This document shows positions 26,947-36,828 of a stretch of 64,000 bases of DNA, piece after piece (the first letter of the stretch is position 1; the number at the start of each line of letters is the position of its first letter). The stretch is taken from IMG/VR virus record IMGVR_UViG_3300010340_000454, positions 1 through 64,000 of that record; one strand, written 5' to 3'. The notes beneath the pieces were generated by a model, which did not search any database, was not told the DNA's origin, and was given only the letters and a program-made list of their open reading frames with translations. The position numbers and the translations under genes are program-made. The DNA is from a virus. Its lineage: Duplodnaviria; Caudoviricetes.

Positions 26947-27384
26947 ATGGCAGAGTATAATTTAGATCAGCTATACGAAGCAGTACAACAATTCAAAACT
27001 TATGTTCAACAGAATTTTCCTTACAAACAAACAATTTTTGAAGGGGTGATAGATCCTTCAGTCGAAGGCTTTAACGCCAATCCTGCCTCGTTGTTTTTTC
27101 AAAAAGATTTATCTGGAAACCTAATAAACATTTGGATAAAAACAACTTATACGTTAACAGACTGGGAACTTTTATTTCCAATATCCCCAGGTTTATACCA
27201 CGAACACGTACAAAGTACACCTGAGGCTACTTGGTTAGTTAATCACAATTTTGGAAAATTTCCTGTGGTATCTGTTTTAACTCCTGGTGGTTTAGAAGTA
27301 GATGCTGAAGTGGCAAATTTATCTAGCAATACCGCTGAGATTAGATTTGCTTCCCCCCAAAATGGCAGAGCAATTTTTAAATAA
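26947..27384 (+). CDS. Fibre-associated protein, QQNFPYK N-terminal family (paralog 1)
   Basis: N-terminus shared with 31056 and 34730; C-terminal W.VNHNFGKFP.V.V module. Confidence 0.7.
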   Translation: MAEYNLDQLYEAVQQFKTYVQQNFPYKQTIFEGVIDPSVEGFNANPASLFFQKDLSGNLINIWIKTTYTLTDWELLFPISPGLYHEHVQSTPEATWLVNHNFGKFPVVSVLTPGGLEVDAEVANLSSNTAEIRFASPQNGRAIFK

Positions 27385-27397
27385 TGAGGTTTGAACC

Positions 27398-28189
27398 ATG
27401 TCCAAATTAGTAAAGACCGATTTAGATTTTGAAAACGTAGCCAGGATTAAAAATCTACCTAATGCAGTAGACGCTCAAGATCCTGTCACTAAAGCCCAAC
27501 TTGACTCTGCGGTTGAAGGGACTGCGTGGAAAGACTCAGCTAGGGTTGCTACTACAGGAAATATAAACGTTTCGGCACCGAGCGCTACAGTAGACGGCGT
27601 TACAATGGCAATGAGTGACCGCGTTTTGGTAATGGGTCAAACTACATTATCCGAGAATGGCATTTATATATGGAACGGTGCTGCTGTTCCTATGACTAGA
27701 GCCTTAGACGCATCAACGTTTGCCGAACTAGAGCAAGCCATTCTTACAGTAGAAGAAGGTACGAGCGCCTCTACTACATGGAGACAGACCCAGGTAAATG
27801 GTACTATTGGAGTATCTGACGTTTTATGGACTGCCTTCGGTGCCGCCACTCCATTAGCTACAGACTCCGTCTCTGGTACCATTAAGAAAGCAACCCAGAT
27901 TCAGGTGGATACCGGTATCCTTAATGACACCGCTATTACACCAGAGACACTAGCAGGTTGGTCTGGGCGATTGAAGCGCTACTCGTCTACGTTTGGGGAT
28001 GGGGTTGCAAACCAGTATACCCTAACTCATAATTTAAATACTCAGGATATTTCCGTAACTGTCCGGCAAACAGGCGGTGCGCTAGCAGAAGTTATCTGTG
28101 AATGGGAAGCAACCTCATTAAACTCTATAACTCTGAAGTTTGCTGCGTCTGTACCCCTTAATAGCCTGAGAGCAACCATCCTGGGGTGA
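27398..28189 (+). CDS. Fibre/virion structural protein
   Basis: WKDSARVATT.N...DRVLV.GQT..SENGIY and THNLNT modules common in phage fibres. Confidence 0.7.
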   Translation: MSKLVKTDLDFENVARIKNLPNAVDAQDPVTKAQLDSAVEGTAWKDSARVATTGNINVSAPSATVDGVTMAMSDRVLVMGQTTLSENGIYIWNGAAVPMTRALDASTFAELEQAILTVEEGTSASTTWRQTQVNGTIGVSDVLWTAFGAATPLATDSVSGTIKKATQIQVDTGILNDTAITPETLAGWSGRLKRYSSTFGDGVANQYTLTHNLNTQDISVTVRQTGGALAEVICEWEATSLNSITLKFAASVPLNSLRATILG

Positions 28190-28193
28190 CGAC

Positions 28194-28613
28194 ATGGTTA
28201 TGAAAACCTTGAGCTACGTCCAGCCTACTGTAATAACCGCAATAGATGGGGATACCTCGCCGAATCCGGGAGAAGTTGGAGTAACCTGTTATTCTACCGC
28301 AGGGTACTTAGTATTTTGGGATTCTACAAAATGGGTTAAGCTTAGTACTTCTACAGTATCCTCTAATAAAGAGACAGCCGTAGTTACACTACAGGACGAA
28401 CCTCAAAGCGTGGTTGTGCCTGCTACCTGGGCTACAGCTTTGACTGATTTTTCCTTCAGCTTCGTTAATCCTGATCCTTACCCTGATGAGTTGTTATTGG
28501 CTAACCCTGTGGCTATTGTAGAATCAATTGATCCTGGCGTCAGTGTAATTGTTCGCGTTATGAATAACGACGGCATCACTGGCGATGTAAACATGATTGT
28601 GTATGAGAGGTAA
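28194..28613 (+). CDS. Hypothetical virion protein
   Basis: Tightly packed within the fibre cluster. Confidence 0.65.
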   Translation: MVMKTLSYVQPTVITAIDGDTSPNPGEVGVTCYSTAGYLVFWDSTKWVKLSTSTVSSNKETAVVTLQDEPQSVVVPATWATALTDFSFSFVNPDPYPDELLLANPVAIVESIDPGVSVIVRVMNNDGITGDVNMIVYER

Positions 28614-28618
28614 CTAAA

Positions 28619-30025
28619 ATGACAGGCGGCGTAAGGATTCTAGACTCTTCCGGTAATTCTGTAGGTACTACAGGTGACAACCTTAAAGTTACACTTCCCT
28701 CTATACAGCAAGCAGGCTTTACTGGTCTTGCTGGCATGAATGACCCAGCGGGTAACGTTCGCATACCTATTGCGGGTTCAAGCCAAGGCTTACTTGGCAT
28801 GGCTGAAGTCAACGTAGACTTTGAGGAAGCTTTTGTCGGTAACTCTATTTCCCTTACTAAGTGGAAATATCTAGCAACTACCATGACGATAGGCTTCAAC
28901 AATAACCTAGTAATTATGAATGCTGGTAACTCTGTTGCGTCGGGCACCAACGCAACTATTCAGTCTTACAAGGTGTTAGAGTTCGTTCGTGGAGCAGATC
29001 GTGTAATTGCTTGGCGCGCTAGAATTACCGCAGTTGTTACAGGTGTTGTTGTTGAAATCGGGGCTTTGGTTAATACAACAGGCACAGCAGCTCCTACAGG
29101 AGGCGCCTTCTTTAGACTTAATGCTGCTGGTGAACTGCGAGGCGTGGTAGTTACCGTAGCAGGTAGTGAAATCGAAACCGCACCTATAGATATACCGTCT
29201 GTATTCGCCTTGCACGATTGGATGATCGTAGTAACCACTACAGGCGTTTATTTCCAAATTGATAACGTAGTTGTAGGCAGTATTGCGGCTGATAGTTTAT
29301 CCCCTGCTCCTGTAGTAGCTGAGTGGGCCTTTGCCGCAGTGCGCCTATATAACAATACCGCAGTCTCTCAGGCGGTTCAAGTGCAGGTTGCTAGATGTGT
29401 TACCGCGTATTTCGGCGGCTCTTATCAGCATCGTGGTGAGTTCCTAGCAGCTTTGGCAGGCGATGTGGGATCTCAGGCGATCCCTGGTGTAGCAGGTAGC
29501 TATTTAGCTAACTGGGCGAATAGTGCTGTACCTGCTCCTATTTCCCTATCTAACACAGGTACTGGGTACACAAATCTAGGAGGTCAGTTTATTTTTTCCG
29601 CTGTAGCCGCAGCGGAAACAGACTATAATGCTTTTACCTTTCAAGTACCTGCAGGTTCAGTTACATCTAAACCTTCAACCTTATTAATCCACGGTATCAC
29701 TATTGATACTTTCGTGGTAGGGGCTGCTGTAGGAACAACCACCATTTTTCAATGGGGTATAGGTTATGGAGGTACTCAAGTTTCTCTCGCTGCTGCTGAC
29801 GGTAATACAGCTAAAGCAGTTAGACGTGTACCTGTAGGAATTCAGTCGCTTGCTGCTGGGGCGGCAATCGGCGCAATGGCTGTCCCTATCAGTAGAACAT
29901 TCACGCAGCCTCTGCCAGTGAACCCTGGTGAATACTTCAATCTAATTCTCAAGATGCCTACAGGTGCAGCTACAGCTTCCTTATCCTTCCGCGGCTTAGT
30001 CGGCATTGACGCTACTTGGGTGTAA
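28619..30025 (+). CDS. Fibre protein with lectin (ConA)-like domain
   Basis: Beta-rich; GAFFRL...H.W.I....VYFQIDNVVVG pattern; followed by a chaperone gene. Confidence 0.55.
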   Translation: MTGGVRILDSSGNSVGTTGDNLKVTLPSIQQAGFTGLAGMNDPAGNVRIPIAGSSQGLLGMAEVNVDFEEAFVGNSISLTKWKYLATTMTIGFNNNLVIMNAGNSVASGTNATIQSYKVLEFVRGADRVIAWRARITAVVTGVVVEIGALVNTTGTAAPTGGAFFRLNAAGELRGVVVTVAGSEIETAPIDIPSVFALHDWMIVVTTTGVYFQIDNVVVGSIAADSLSPAPVVAEWAFAAVRLYNNTAVSQAVQVQVARCVTAYFGGSYQHRGEFLAALAGDVGSQAIPGVAGSYLANWANSAVPAPISLSNTGTGYTNLGGQFIFSAVAAAETDYNAFTFQVPAGSVTSKPSTLLIHGITIDTFVVGAAVGTTTIFQWGIGYGGTQVSLAAADGNTAKAVRRVPVGIQSLAAGAAIGAMAVPISRTFTQPLPVNPGEYFNLILKMPTGAATASLSFRGLVGIDATWV

Positions 30026-30028
30026 CCG

Positions 30029-30601
30029 ATGTATCTCTTTCTGAGTGATAGCGGTCATGTATTGGCCGCTTCAGAAACCCAAAAATTTGGCTACGTTTAT
30101 GTTGACTCTACGTTAGTAAGCGCGTTGCCCAATCCAGTTACCCAATACCGTTATACAGAAGAATCTTTTATACACTCGCCTAGACCTTCATTCACTCATG
30201 TCTGGATAAATGGTGAATGGACCTATTCCGATAATCCTGTTTATCTTAATATTACTAGAGGCGTTCTTTCCACAGCTATAAAAGAGAAACGAGACGCTAG
30301 AAAGCTAGGAGGAGTAAAGGTTGGATCCAATTGGTTCCACTCGGACGACCCTTCTAGAGTACAGCATCTTGGTCTACTTCGTTTAGGAGAAGCCATTCCA
30401 TCTGATCTTATGTGGAAGACGATGCAAGGTACCTTTGTTGTAATGACCAAGACTTTATCGGAAAGCATTTTTAATGCAATGCTTTTTCACGACATGAATA
30501 CCTTTGCTATAGCAGAGTTGCATATAGCTTGCATGACAGAGTACGCTAATCCTTACGAATATGATTACTCAGGTAAATGGCCTGTCATATATGGAGAATA
30601 A
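30029..30601 (+). CDS. DUF4376-like tail fibre assembly protein
   Basis: IKEKRDARKLGGVKVG..WFHSD..SR...WKTM.G.FV...YDYSGKWP..Y. Confidence 0.75.
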   Translation: MYLFLSDSGHVLAASETQKFGYVYVDSTLVSALPNPVTQYRYTEESFIHSPRPSFTHVWINGEWTYSDNPVYLNITRGVLSTAIKEKRDARKLGGVKVGSNWFHSDDPSRVQHLGLLRLGEAIPSDLMWKTMQGTFVVMTKTLSESIFNAMLFHDMNTFAIAELHIACMTEYANPYEYDYSGKWPVIYGE

Positions 30602-30602
30602 G

Positions 30603-31046
30603 ATGGAACAGGTAGTAGTAGCTTTCTCAAGGTCTAAGAAGATTTTCAGCAAGTTAGTCTGCCTAGTTACCTGGTCTAAGTGGTCTCATGTTGCGCTGGT
30701 CCATAACAATTCCGTTATAGAGGCAGTTGGTGACGGTGTAAGGCAGGTCTCTTTTCGTAAGTTTGAGCAAGACAAGAAAGAGGTTGTTTTAGTTATTTTT
30801 TACGTTAAGAGTAAAGAAGACACGTTGAATTTTGCCCTTTCCCAACTAGGAAAAAGTTATGATTTCTCCGCGCTCGCCGGTATCTTTTTTAAGCGGAGAT
30901 GGGAAGAACCTACTAAATGGTTTTGTAGCGAACTAGTAGCAGCTTCTCTTATGAAAGGAGGGTCGTCACCCTTCAGAGAAGGATTTACCGGAAGGATAAC
31001 TCCAAATGATTTGTGGATGGTTAACCCTAATAGAATTAGCTTATAG
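30603..31046 (+). CDS. Permuted papain-like (YiiX/YebB, NlpC/P60) protein
   Basis: WSHVAL...IEA...QLGKSYD...KWFCSELVA...ITP.DL; ATG 30603 with GGAG RBS. Confidence 0.85.
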   Translation: MEQVVVAFSRSKKIFSKLVCLVTWSKWSHVALVHNNSVIEAVGDGVRQVSFRKFEQDKKEVVLVIFYVKSKEDTLNFALSQLGKSYDFSALAGIFFKRRWEEPTKWFCSELVAASLMKGGSSPFREGFTGRITPNDLWMVNPNRISL

Positions 31047-31055
31047 GAGATAATT

Positions 31056-34000
31056 GTGGCTACTACTGACGAACTATATAACGCAATACAGCAGTTCAAA
31101 CTCTATATTCAGCAGAATTTTCCTTTTAAGCATACCGTTTTTGAAGGTACTGCTGACCCTACTGTAGGGGCAGGCATAATTGCTCCTATCGGCGCATTTT
31201 ACGCACAGAAAGACGGAAGCGGTAACGTATTGAAATTGTGGCTTAAAAAGACTGCTGTAGCCACTAGTTGGGAAGACGTAAGTGCAGGCGGAGCAGGCAG
31301 CGGCGTACTGCTTTGGCAGCCTAATACTGCTTATACTACCTTTGCTGACTCAGGCGTGCCCGCACTTATTTGGGAGACAGATTCCGCTAAATTCTACTAT
31401 AACACGGCAGATTTTACGTCTGAGGCTACATTTGCAGCAGATCAACTTCTAGGACGTTGGACGGAGCTTTCCGCAGGCGGCGCTAACCCAATGTTACCTA
31501 TCAACACTTGGGACATGACCGGGGCAATTACACCGGCCACTTTATCCGCAGCCGTATTCCCTCCAGAAATTCCTATACCTAATGACGTAGTTATAGTAGA
31601 CTCCACTTTCTCTGTGTCTGCCTCAGAGCCTACGGTAAAATACGGCGTAGCAGACTTAGGAGAAATCCTACCTTCTACTGGTAAGTTCTACATATTTTGG
31701 TCTCCAGGTGAGATCGTAGGAGGCACTGTTACTACAGCGTTTAACCTGCTATTTATAGGAAACATATTTGAGACGCCTGATGCTATACTTGCACTATCTG
31801 AAGTATTTGGTTTAGGCATAGAAGTTCAAGGAGGTACTTACTACATTGATCCTGCGTTTGTGCCAGGAGATGTTGCTGCAATTGAGTTTGACTTAGACAC
31901 AGGGACCGTAGGTATTGCTACATCTAACGTATACATTGCTGACATACTAACGCTCGATCCTTTAAACCCAAATTTAAGTTGCGCTGCCTGGGGAGGTAAA
32001 CAAATATCAGGGGCCGTAGTAGTTCAGACCGACACAAGTGATCCTACCACGCTATCTTCTAGACTGTCTTCGTCAGATAATTTTGGACTAACTTATACTC
32101 CTCCTGTAGGTTATATCGGGTATGGTTCTGTTGGGGACGCGGTTCCTCCTGCCGGTGTTGAAGACGGTAACCGTTTCCGAGTTACTGCTCCAGGCACTTA
32201 CGCAGGAAATGCAGCCCAGACAAACGACTTGGTAGAATTTCGTAACAGTACCGCAAACATTTTTGTCTACAAGCATTCTTCTAGTGTGGTTACCCCAGAA
32301 ACTCTTGCCGCTGGCCTTATTGAAGTGGAATCTAAGATTGACTCTAAACTCTCGATTACTCGGGTGCAGAACATTTATAACTCGTCCGCTGACCAACCTG
32401 CCTGGACTGCTACAGACGTTGGTTTGTACTTCTTAGTAGGAACTATCCCGACTGGAGACTTTTCTACCGCTACTTTCGGCCAACTAGCTAAGGTTATATC
32501 TGTTACTTCAGGTACACCTACTTTTACGTTTATTTCTCCGTTAGAAAATGATAGAATTTTTTACGTTCCGTTTGGCGTTAGTTACGTGTATGACCCTAAC
32601 GACGCCTATCTCCCCTCCGTTGCAGATTCTCTTACAGAACTAAAGTGGATACATGATTCTTCTCACCCTAAATATCAAGGGTTAGAACGCTGGAATGCCA
32701 CGTCTCCTTATAGTGTACTGGTAGATGACGAAAATCCCAACAATCAAGTTTATTTAACTAATACAGCCCAGTATCATAGAGTAGACCTTGTAGCAAATAA
32801 TACCTCTTTAAGTGCGAACGTTCAGCTTTATCTTAATACAACCTTCTTATTTATGACAGATAACGCTCCTACCACCGGAACAATAGAAATTGAAGTAAGC
32901 GGTGGAGGCAACCAGCCTTTAACGTTGACTGTACCCTCTTCCGGTGGAGGAACCATACCAACTAAAGGTTTCACTGTATATACCTTTGATCTAGACCCTC
33001 CTAATTTTAATTCCTATCAAGCTTTGCTGTTGGAATACAAGATTACTAATGGGACTCTTGCTCTTGAGCAAATATATCCTACTCCAGCTCCAAATATTCC
33101 GGTAGTTACCACCGATTACAATGGCCTAATGTCTGTGCAGGATAAAAGAAAACTTGATAACCTTGATGACTCCGTAGGCTTTGGATCTTATGTTACTACA
33201 AACTTGCCAAACTTACCTCTGATATGGTCTGACTCTTTCAGCACACCTTTTACTAAGTCTACCAACGACGAGATAATTTTTACCTACCAGAGTAACGGGT
33301 CTTCTTGGGCAACCTCCTATATAAATAGAAGCTCTCTTCTAGAATCCTCAAATCCAACATGGACTACCTATACTTTAGGGTCACAACTCGTTAAAAGTCT
33401 AGCCTATTCACCTTTACTGGACATGGCTATAGGTATAAGTATATTAGGAAACTCCTTAACAAAATTTAGCGGTTTTAATAATAACTATCTCAGTACTCCT
33501 AGTATTCCTTCTATACCTGGTATATCGCAGTTGAAAGGAATTATATGGTCAGACGTATTCAAAGCTTTTATAGCTTACTCAGACGCCAGCAATTTTGGGA
33601 ATAAAGTTTTATACTCTACAGACGGCGATACTTGGCTATCTGCTACTGGTTTTACTTCTCATAGGTATCTTGGAATAGTACCTACTGAAGAAGGCGTTAT
33701 CTGTTTGATGTATAACGGTTTTAACGTTAGTTTGTATAAAAACGCCGCAGTTAACTGGCAGTCTTCGTTCCCTGGCTCCTCTTTGGCTATCACTAACCTG
33801 TCAAGGGCAAATAGCGACCACTGCCTTGCCATTAATAAATATGGAACTGTGGTAGCTACCGATGGCTATTTCTTTTACGCAGGTGTTTCTGACCAATACA
33901 CCTTCTATAAAGAAGTTTTCATCCCTGCAAACATTAATAACCTCGTTTACTCTAAGGATCTTAACTGTTTTATTGGGGTATCTACAGGTAGTTTTGATAC

Positions 34001-34592
34001 GATGTTTATGTCCCCTGATGGATTAGACTGGACTTCCATTAGTGTGGGAGATGGAACTGCCACAAACGCAGGCTTTGCTGTTCACATTCAAGGCACGCCT
34101 TACGTAGCTAAATGGACAGCACCTGCTTTAACCCTTAATACCTTTAAGTATGGCCCAACGTTACTAACAAAGAAAGCAGACCTGCGAGCTAACCAAGCTA
34201 TCTCTCCTGTATTGAAATTGCTGGATGCTCCTTTAGAGCAAGTTAACCTAATGACTTCTAAGGATGGGTGGCTAAATATGACCCTAGTAAATTCTTGGAT
34301 AGGACCTATCGCAGCTACCAGAAAAAATGGGAACCGAGTGGACTTTGTTCTGGACATTAATTCAGGTACTACAGGGGGGATAGGTTCTGTACCAGTAAAT
34401 TGCAGGCCTACCTATAGTATCCGACTGCCTGCTGTTGTAAGCAACTCAAATTCAGGGCTACTCTATCATGGACACATCTATATTGATGCAACTGATGGTG
34501 GTGTCCAATTAATAACTAACCCCGGCGACTTCATTCCTACTGATATTGCTGTTCAACTTAACGCCACTTACTTTATTCTTCCTACTGCTTAA
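31056..34592 (+). CDS. Large multidomain fibre/receptor-binding protein (QQNFPxK paralog 2)
   Basis: Shared N-terminal module, SPRY-like insert, GLMS..DK.KLD repeat and S.DG..W (Asp-box-like) motifs. Confidence 0.7.
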   Translation: MATTDELYNAIQQFKLYIQQNFPFKHTVFEGTADPTVGAGIIAPIGAFYAQKDGSGNVLKLWLKKTAVATSWEDVSAGGAGSGVLLWQPNTAYTTFADSGVPALIWETDSAKFYYNTADFTSEATFAADQLLGRWTELSAGGANPMLPINTWDMTGAITPATLSAAVFPPEIPIPNDVVIVDSTFSVSASEPTVKYGVADLGEILPSTGKFYIFWSPGEIVGGTVTTAFNLLFIGNIFETPDAILALSEVFGLGIEVQGGTYYIDPAFVPGDVAAIEFDLDTGTVGIATSNVYIADILTLDPLNPNLSCAAWGGKQISGAVVVQTDTSDPTTLSSRLSSSDNFGLTYTPPVGYIGYGSVGDAVPPAGVEDGNRFRVTAPGTYAGNAAQTNDLVEFRNSTANIFVYKHSSSVVTPETLAAGLIEVESKIDSKLSITRVQNIYNSSADQPAWTATDVGLYFLVGTIPTGDFSTATFGQLAKVISVTSGTPTFTFISPLENDRIFYVPFGVSYVYDPNDAYLPSVADSLTELKWIHDSSHPKYQGLERWNATSPYSVLVDDENPNNQVYLTNTAQYHRVDLVANNTSLSANVQLYLNTTFLFMTDNAPTTGTIEIEVSGGGNQPLTLTVPSSGGGTIPTKGFTVYTFDLDPPNFNSYQALLLEYKITNGTLALEQIYPTPAPNIPVVTTDYNGLMSVQDKRKLDNLDDSVGFGSYVTTNLPNLPLIWSDSFSTPFTKSTNDEIIFTYQSNGSSWATSYINRSSLLESSNPTWTTYTLGSQLVKSLAYSPLLDMAIGISILGNSLTKFSGFNNNYLSTPSIPSIPGISQLKGIIWSDVFKAFIAYSDASNFGNKVLYSTDGDTWLSATGFTSHRYLGIVPTEEGVICLMYNGFNVSLYKNAAVNWQSSFPGSSLAITNLSRANSDHCLAINKYGTVVATDGYFFYAGVSDQYTFYKEVFIPANINNLVYSKDLNCFIGVSTGSFDTMFMSPDGLDWTSISVGDGTATNAGFAVHIQGTPYVAKWTAPALTLNTFKYGPTLLTKKADLRANQAISPVLKLLDAPLEQVNLMTSKDGWLNMTLVNSWIGPIAATRKNGNRVDFVLDINSGTTGGIGSVPVNCRPTYSIRLPAVVSNSNSGLLYHGHIYIDATDGGVQLITNPGDFIPTDIAVQLNATYFILPTA

Positions 34593-34701
34593 TCTTTGGC
34601 GAAACACCGCTAAACACCGCATTATTGTATTTTTCCTCTAGGCAACGTTTAAACTTGCCGAGCTTTAGGAACTCTTGGTGGAGTTAGCATTGTCTACTTT
34701 T

Positions 34702-34711
34702 TTAATTTTAT
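34702..34711 (+). promoter_or_regulatory. Late promoter variant TTAATTTTAT
   Basis: One mismatch to the motif; intergenic, upstream of ATG 34730. Confidence 0.45.
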
Positions 34712-34729
34712 CTTCTAATAGGAGTTAAT

Positions 34730-35716
34730 ATGGCTACACCTACACCAGAAGAAATCTACCTTGGAGTTCAGAGGCTAAAGCTATATTTCCAGCAAAACTT
34801 TCCGTATAAGCATACGTACTACGAAGGTAGTGTCGATCCTCTAACGTCTGGGTACGCTGCACCTGTAGGCGCGGTATACGCACAGAAAGACGGCTTAGGT
34901 GACGTTGTTAACCTTTGGCTAAAAACGTCTACTGGAAATAATAGTTGGAAACCTTTAGACGCAACCGAGGCACCTCCTGCCATTGCTGCGTGGTCCCCTA
35001 ATACTGCATACTCTTCGTTTGCAGATACAAGCGCCCCAACAATTGTTTGGGAACCTATATCGTCTACTCTGTACTATAATACGCAGGACTTTACGTCCTC
35101 AGCAACGTTTGCAGAAGATCAATTATTAAACAGATGGTTAGAGGTAGCACCGGAGCCTGCACCTCCTACTCCTGTAGACACAACTATTCCATATTGGGAC
35201 ATGTCTTCCTTAGTAGGGGACGCTACACCGCCTGTTGATGCTACCGACGGTAAAATGTACAGGGCTAACCCAGGTGGAACTTTTGCGGGTAAAACAGTAT
35301 TACCTAATTCTTTAGTCGTTTTTAAAAATGCTATCTCCCAGATTGATGTATACGTCGAACAGCAAGACTTACCTGCACCCTACACTGGACTAGATGTAGT
35401 TACTACCATAGCTAGTGCGTCCGGAATCCTTACTATAGATTTATCCTTAGGCAAGCTTTTCCAGACCACTCTTTATGAAGACGTTACTTCCGTTTTAGTT
35501 TTAAATCCACCACCAGCGGGTTTCGGCACTACATTTGTTCTTTGGATTACACAAGATGCCGTTACGCCCAAAACTTTTGCTATGCCAGCTTTCTTTACAT
35601 GGGACAATGGGTTGGAAGAAGACATATCCACTGCGTTAGGCGCTACCGACATGATTGCAGCCACTACTCGTAACGGAACAACATTCGACGTTACTCTGAG
35701 TCGAGGTAGGGCATAA
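34730..35716 (+). CDS. Fibre adaptor protein (QQNFPYK paralog 3)
   Basis: Shares its N-terminal modules with 31056 and its C-terminal domain with 59295. Confidence 0.7.
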   Translation: MATPTPEEIYLGVQRLKLYFQQNFPYKHTYYEGSVDPLTSGYAAPVGAVYAQKDGLGDVVNLWLKTSTGNNSWKPLDATEAPPAIAAWSPNTAYSSFADTSAPTIVWEPISSTLYYNTQDFTSSATFAEDQLLNRWLEVAPEPAPPTPVDTTIPYWDMSSLVGDATPPVDATDGKMYRANPGGTFAGKTVLPNSLVVFKNAISQIDVYVEQQDLPAPYTGLDVVTTIASASGILTIDLSLGKLFQTTLYEDVTSVLVLNPPPAGFGTTFVLWITQDAVTPKTFAMPAFFTWDNGLEEDISTALGATDMIAATTRNGTTFDVTLSRGRA

Positions 35717-36807
35717 TGTCTGCCCTGCTTGGTCACTACGGCTTGCTATTGCAGAAGAGAGCCATACCACCTCTGTACACTATGGCACCAATACTAGGAA
35801 CTACCTATTACAAATTCTTTGAAAAAGCTGCTATAGCTAGAGGCCCATTGTCTTACGGTAGTACGCCTGAGGATTTCGACTACTGCTTATGGACAGCATA
35901 TCAGAGCGGCACAGACGTAGTGGTAGAAAGGTTTGACGGGTCAGCTTGGGTAGACTTAACCGTTATCGCCTCAGGTATAGTAGGAACTATCCACCACATA
36001 TCATTAACCTTCGATCAGCTAGGCAACCCTATATGTTCGTGGGAAATAGATGGAACCATATACCTACGTTGGTACGATCCTCTAATACCTGCCATGACTA
36101 CTACTAATCTTGGAGCAGGCAAGTCTCCTTTTATTACAATGTCTTGCTTCAATTCTTTCTTAGGGAATCGACAAATCTATTTGGTTTATGTAAAGCCTAA
36201 CATGGATCTTGTGTACAGGCTACAAGACGACAGGTATACAGTAGAATACCTAGTTCAATCTAGCGTAGATGACATTCTTGCTTTTGGTGTAACGCCTTAC
36301 AACAACCTTAAAATTATTCTGACGTATAGAGTTGGAGGCACAACTCAGGTAATAGATAATAAGGCAACCGTTCGTAAAGGTTTATGGCAGGGAGATAGCA
36401 CACCACAAACAGTAACGCCTGAGGTGCAGCGGCTAGAGATTGTTGACGTATCTAAAATTATTAGTGACGTTACAGACCCGGTGCTATCAGATAAGGCTAC
36501 GGTAGACTCTTCGGGAACCGTAGTTAGTATAGGTTTAGCACTAGCTGTCATAACTATAGACAGTACCTCACAGCCTAATCTTACAGACCTAGCGACCGTA
36601 GACTCCTCAGGCACCGTGACTTTTATTGAACTGAAGAATGTAACAATACATAACTCACAGGAAGAGCCTATACCAGCAGCACTATCAAGTACAATGTCAG
36701 ACTTTATTGTAGGAATTGAGGAGGCTTTGATACAAACTTCACAGGAAGAGCCTATACCTGCTGCGCTTAGTAGCTCCATTTCTAATTTCAGCCTTACTGT
36801 AGTCTAA
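35716..36807 (+). CDS. Virion/tail-tip protein with internal duplications
   Basis: ISLTFDQ...LRWYDP...YRLQDDRY; repeats ATVDSSGTV x2 and SQEEPIPAALSS x2. Confidence 0.65.
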   Translation: MSALLGHYGLLLQKRAIPPLYTMAPILGTTYYKFFEKAAIARGPLSYGSTPEDFDYCLWTAYQSGTDVVVERFDGSAWVDLTVIASGIVGTIHHISLTFDQLGNPICSWEIDGTIYLRWYDPLIPAMTTTNLGAGKSPFITMSCFNSFLGNRQIYLVYVKPNMDLVYRLQDDRYTVEYLVQSSVDDILAFGVTPYNNLKIILTYRVGGTTQVIDNKATVRKGLWQGDSTPQTVTPEVQRLEIVDVSKIISDVTDPVLSDKATVDSSGTVVSIGLALAVITIDSTSQPNLTDLATVDSSGTVTFIELKNVTIHNSQEEPIPAALSSTMSDFIVGIEEALIQTSQEEPIPAALSSSISNFSLTVV

Positions 36808-36828
36808 GGTATTTCAAAGGAGTTTTAT

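Noticed and set aside
34602-34620. AAACACCGC tandem repeat and a small adjacent hairpin
   Set aside because: Only two copies and no recurrence noticed elsewhere; not enough to call a function.
36480-36780. Duplicated segments as a possible DGR template/variable repeat or CRISPR array
   Set aside because: They are in-frame protein repeats with mostly synonymous differences; no adenine-specific pattern, no reverse transcriptase and no regular repeat-spacer period.
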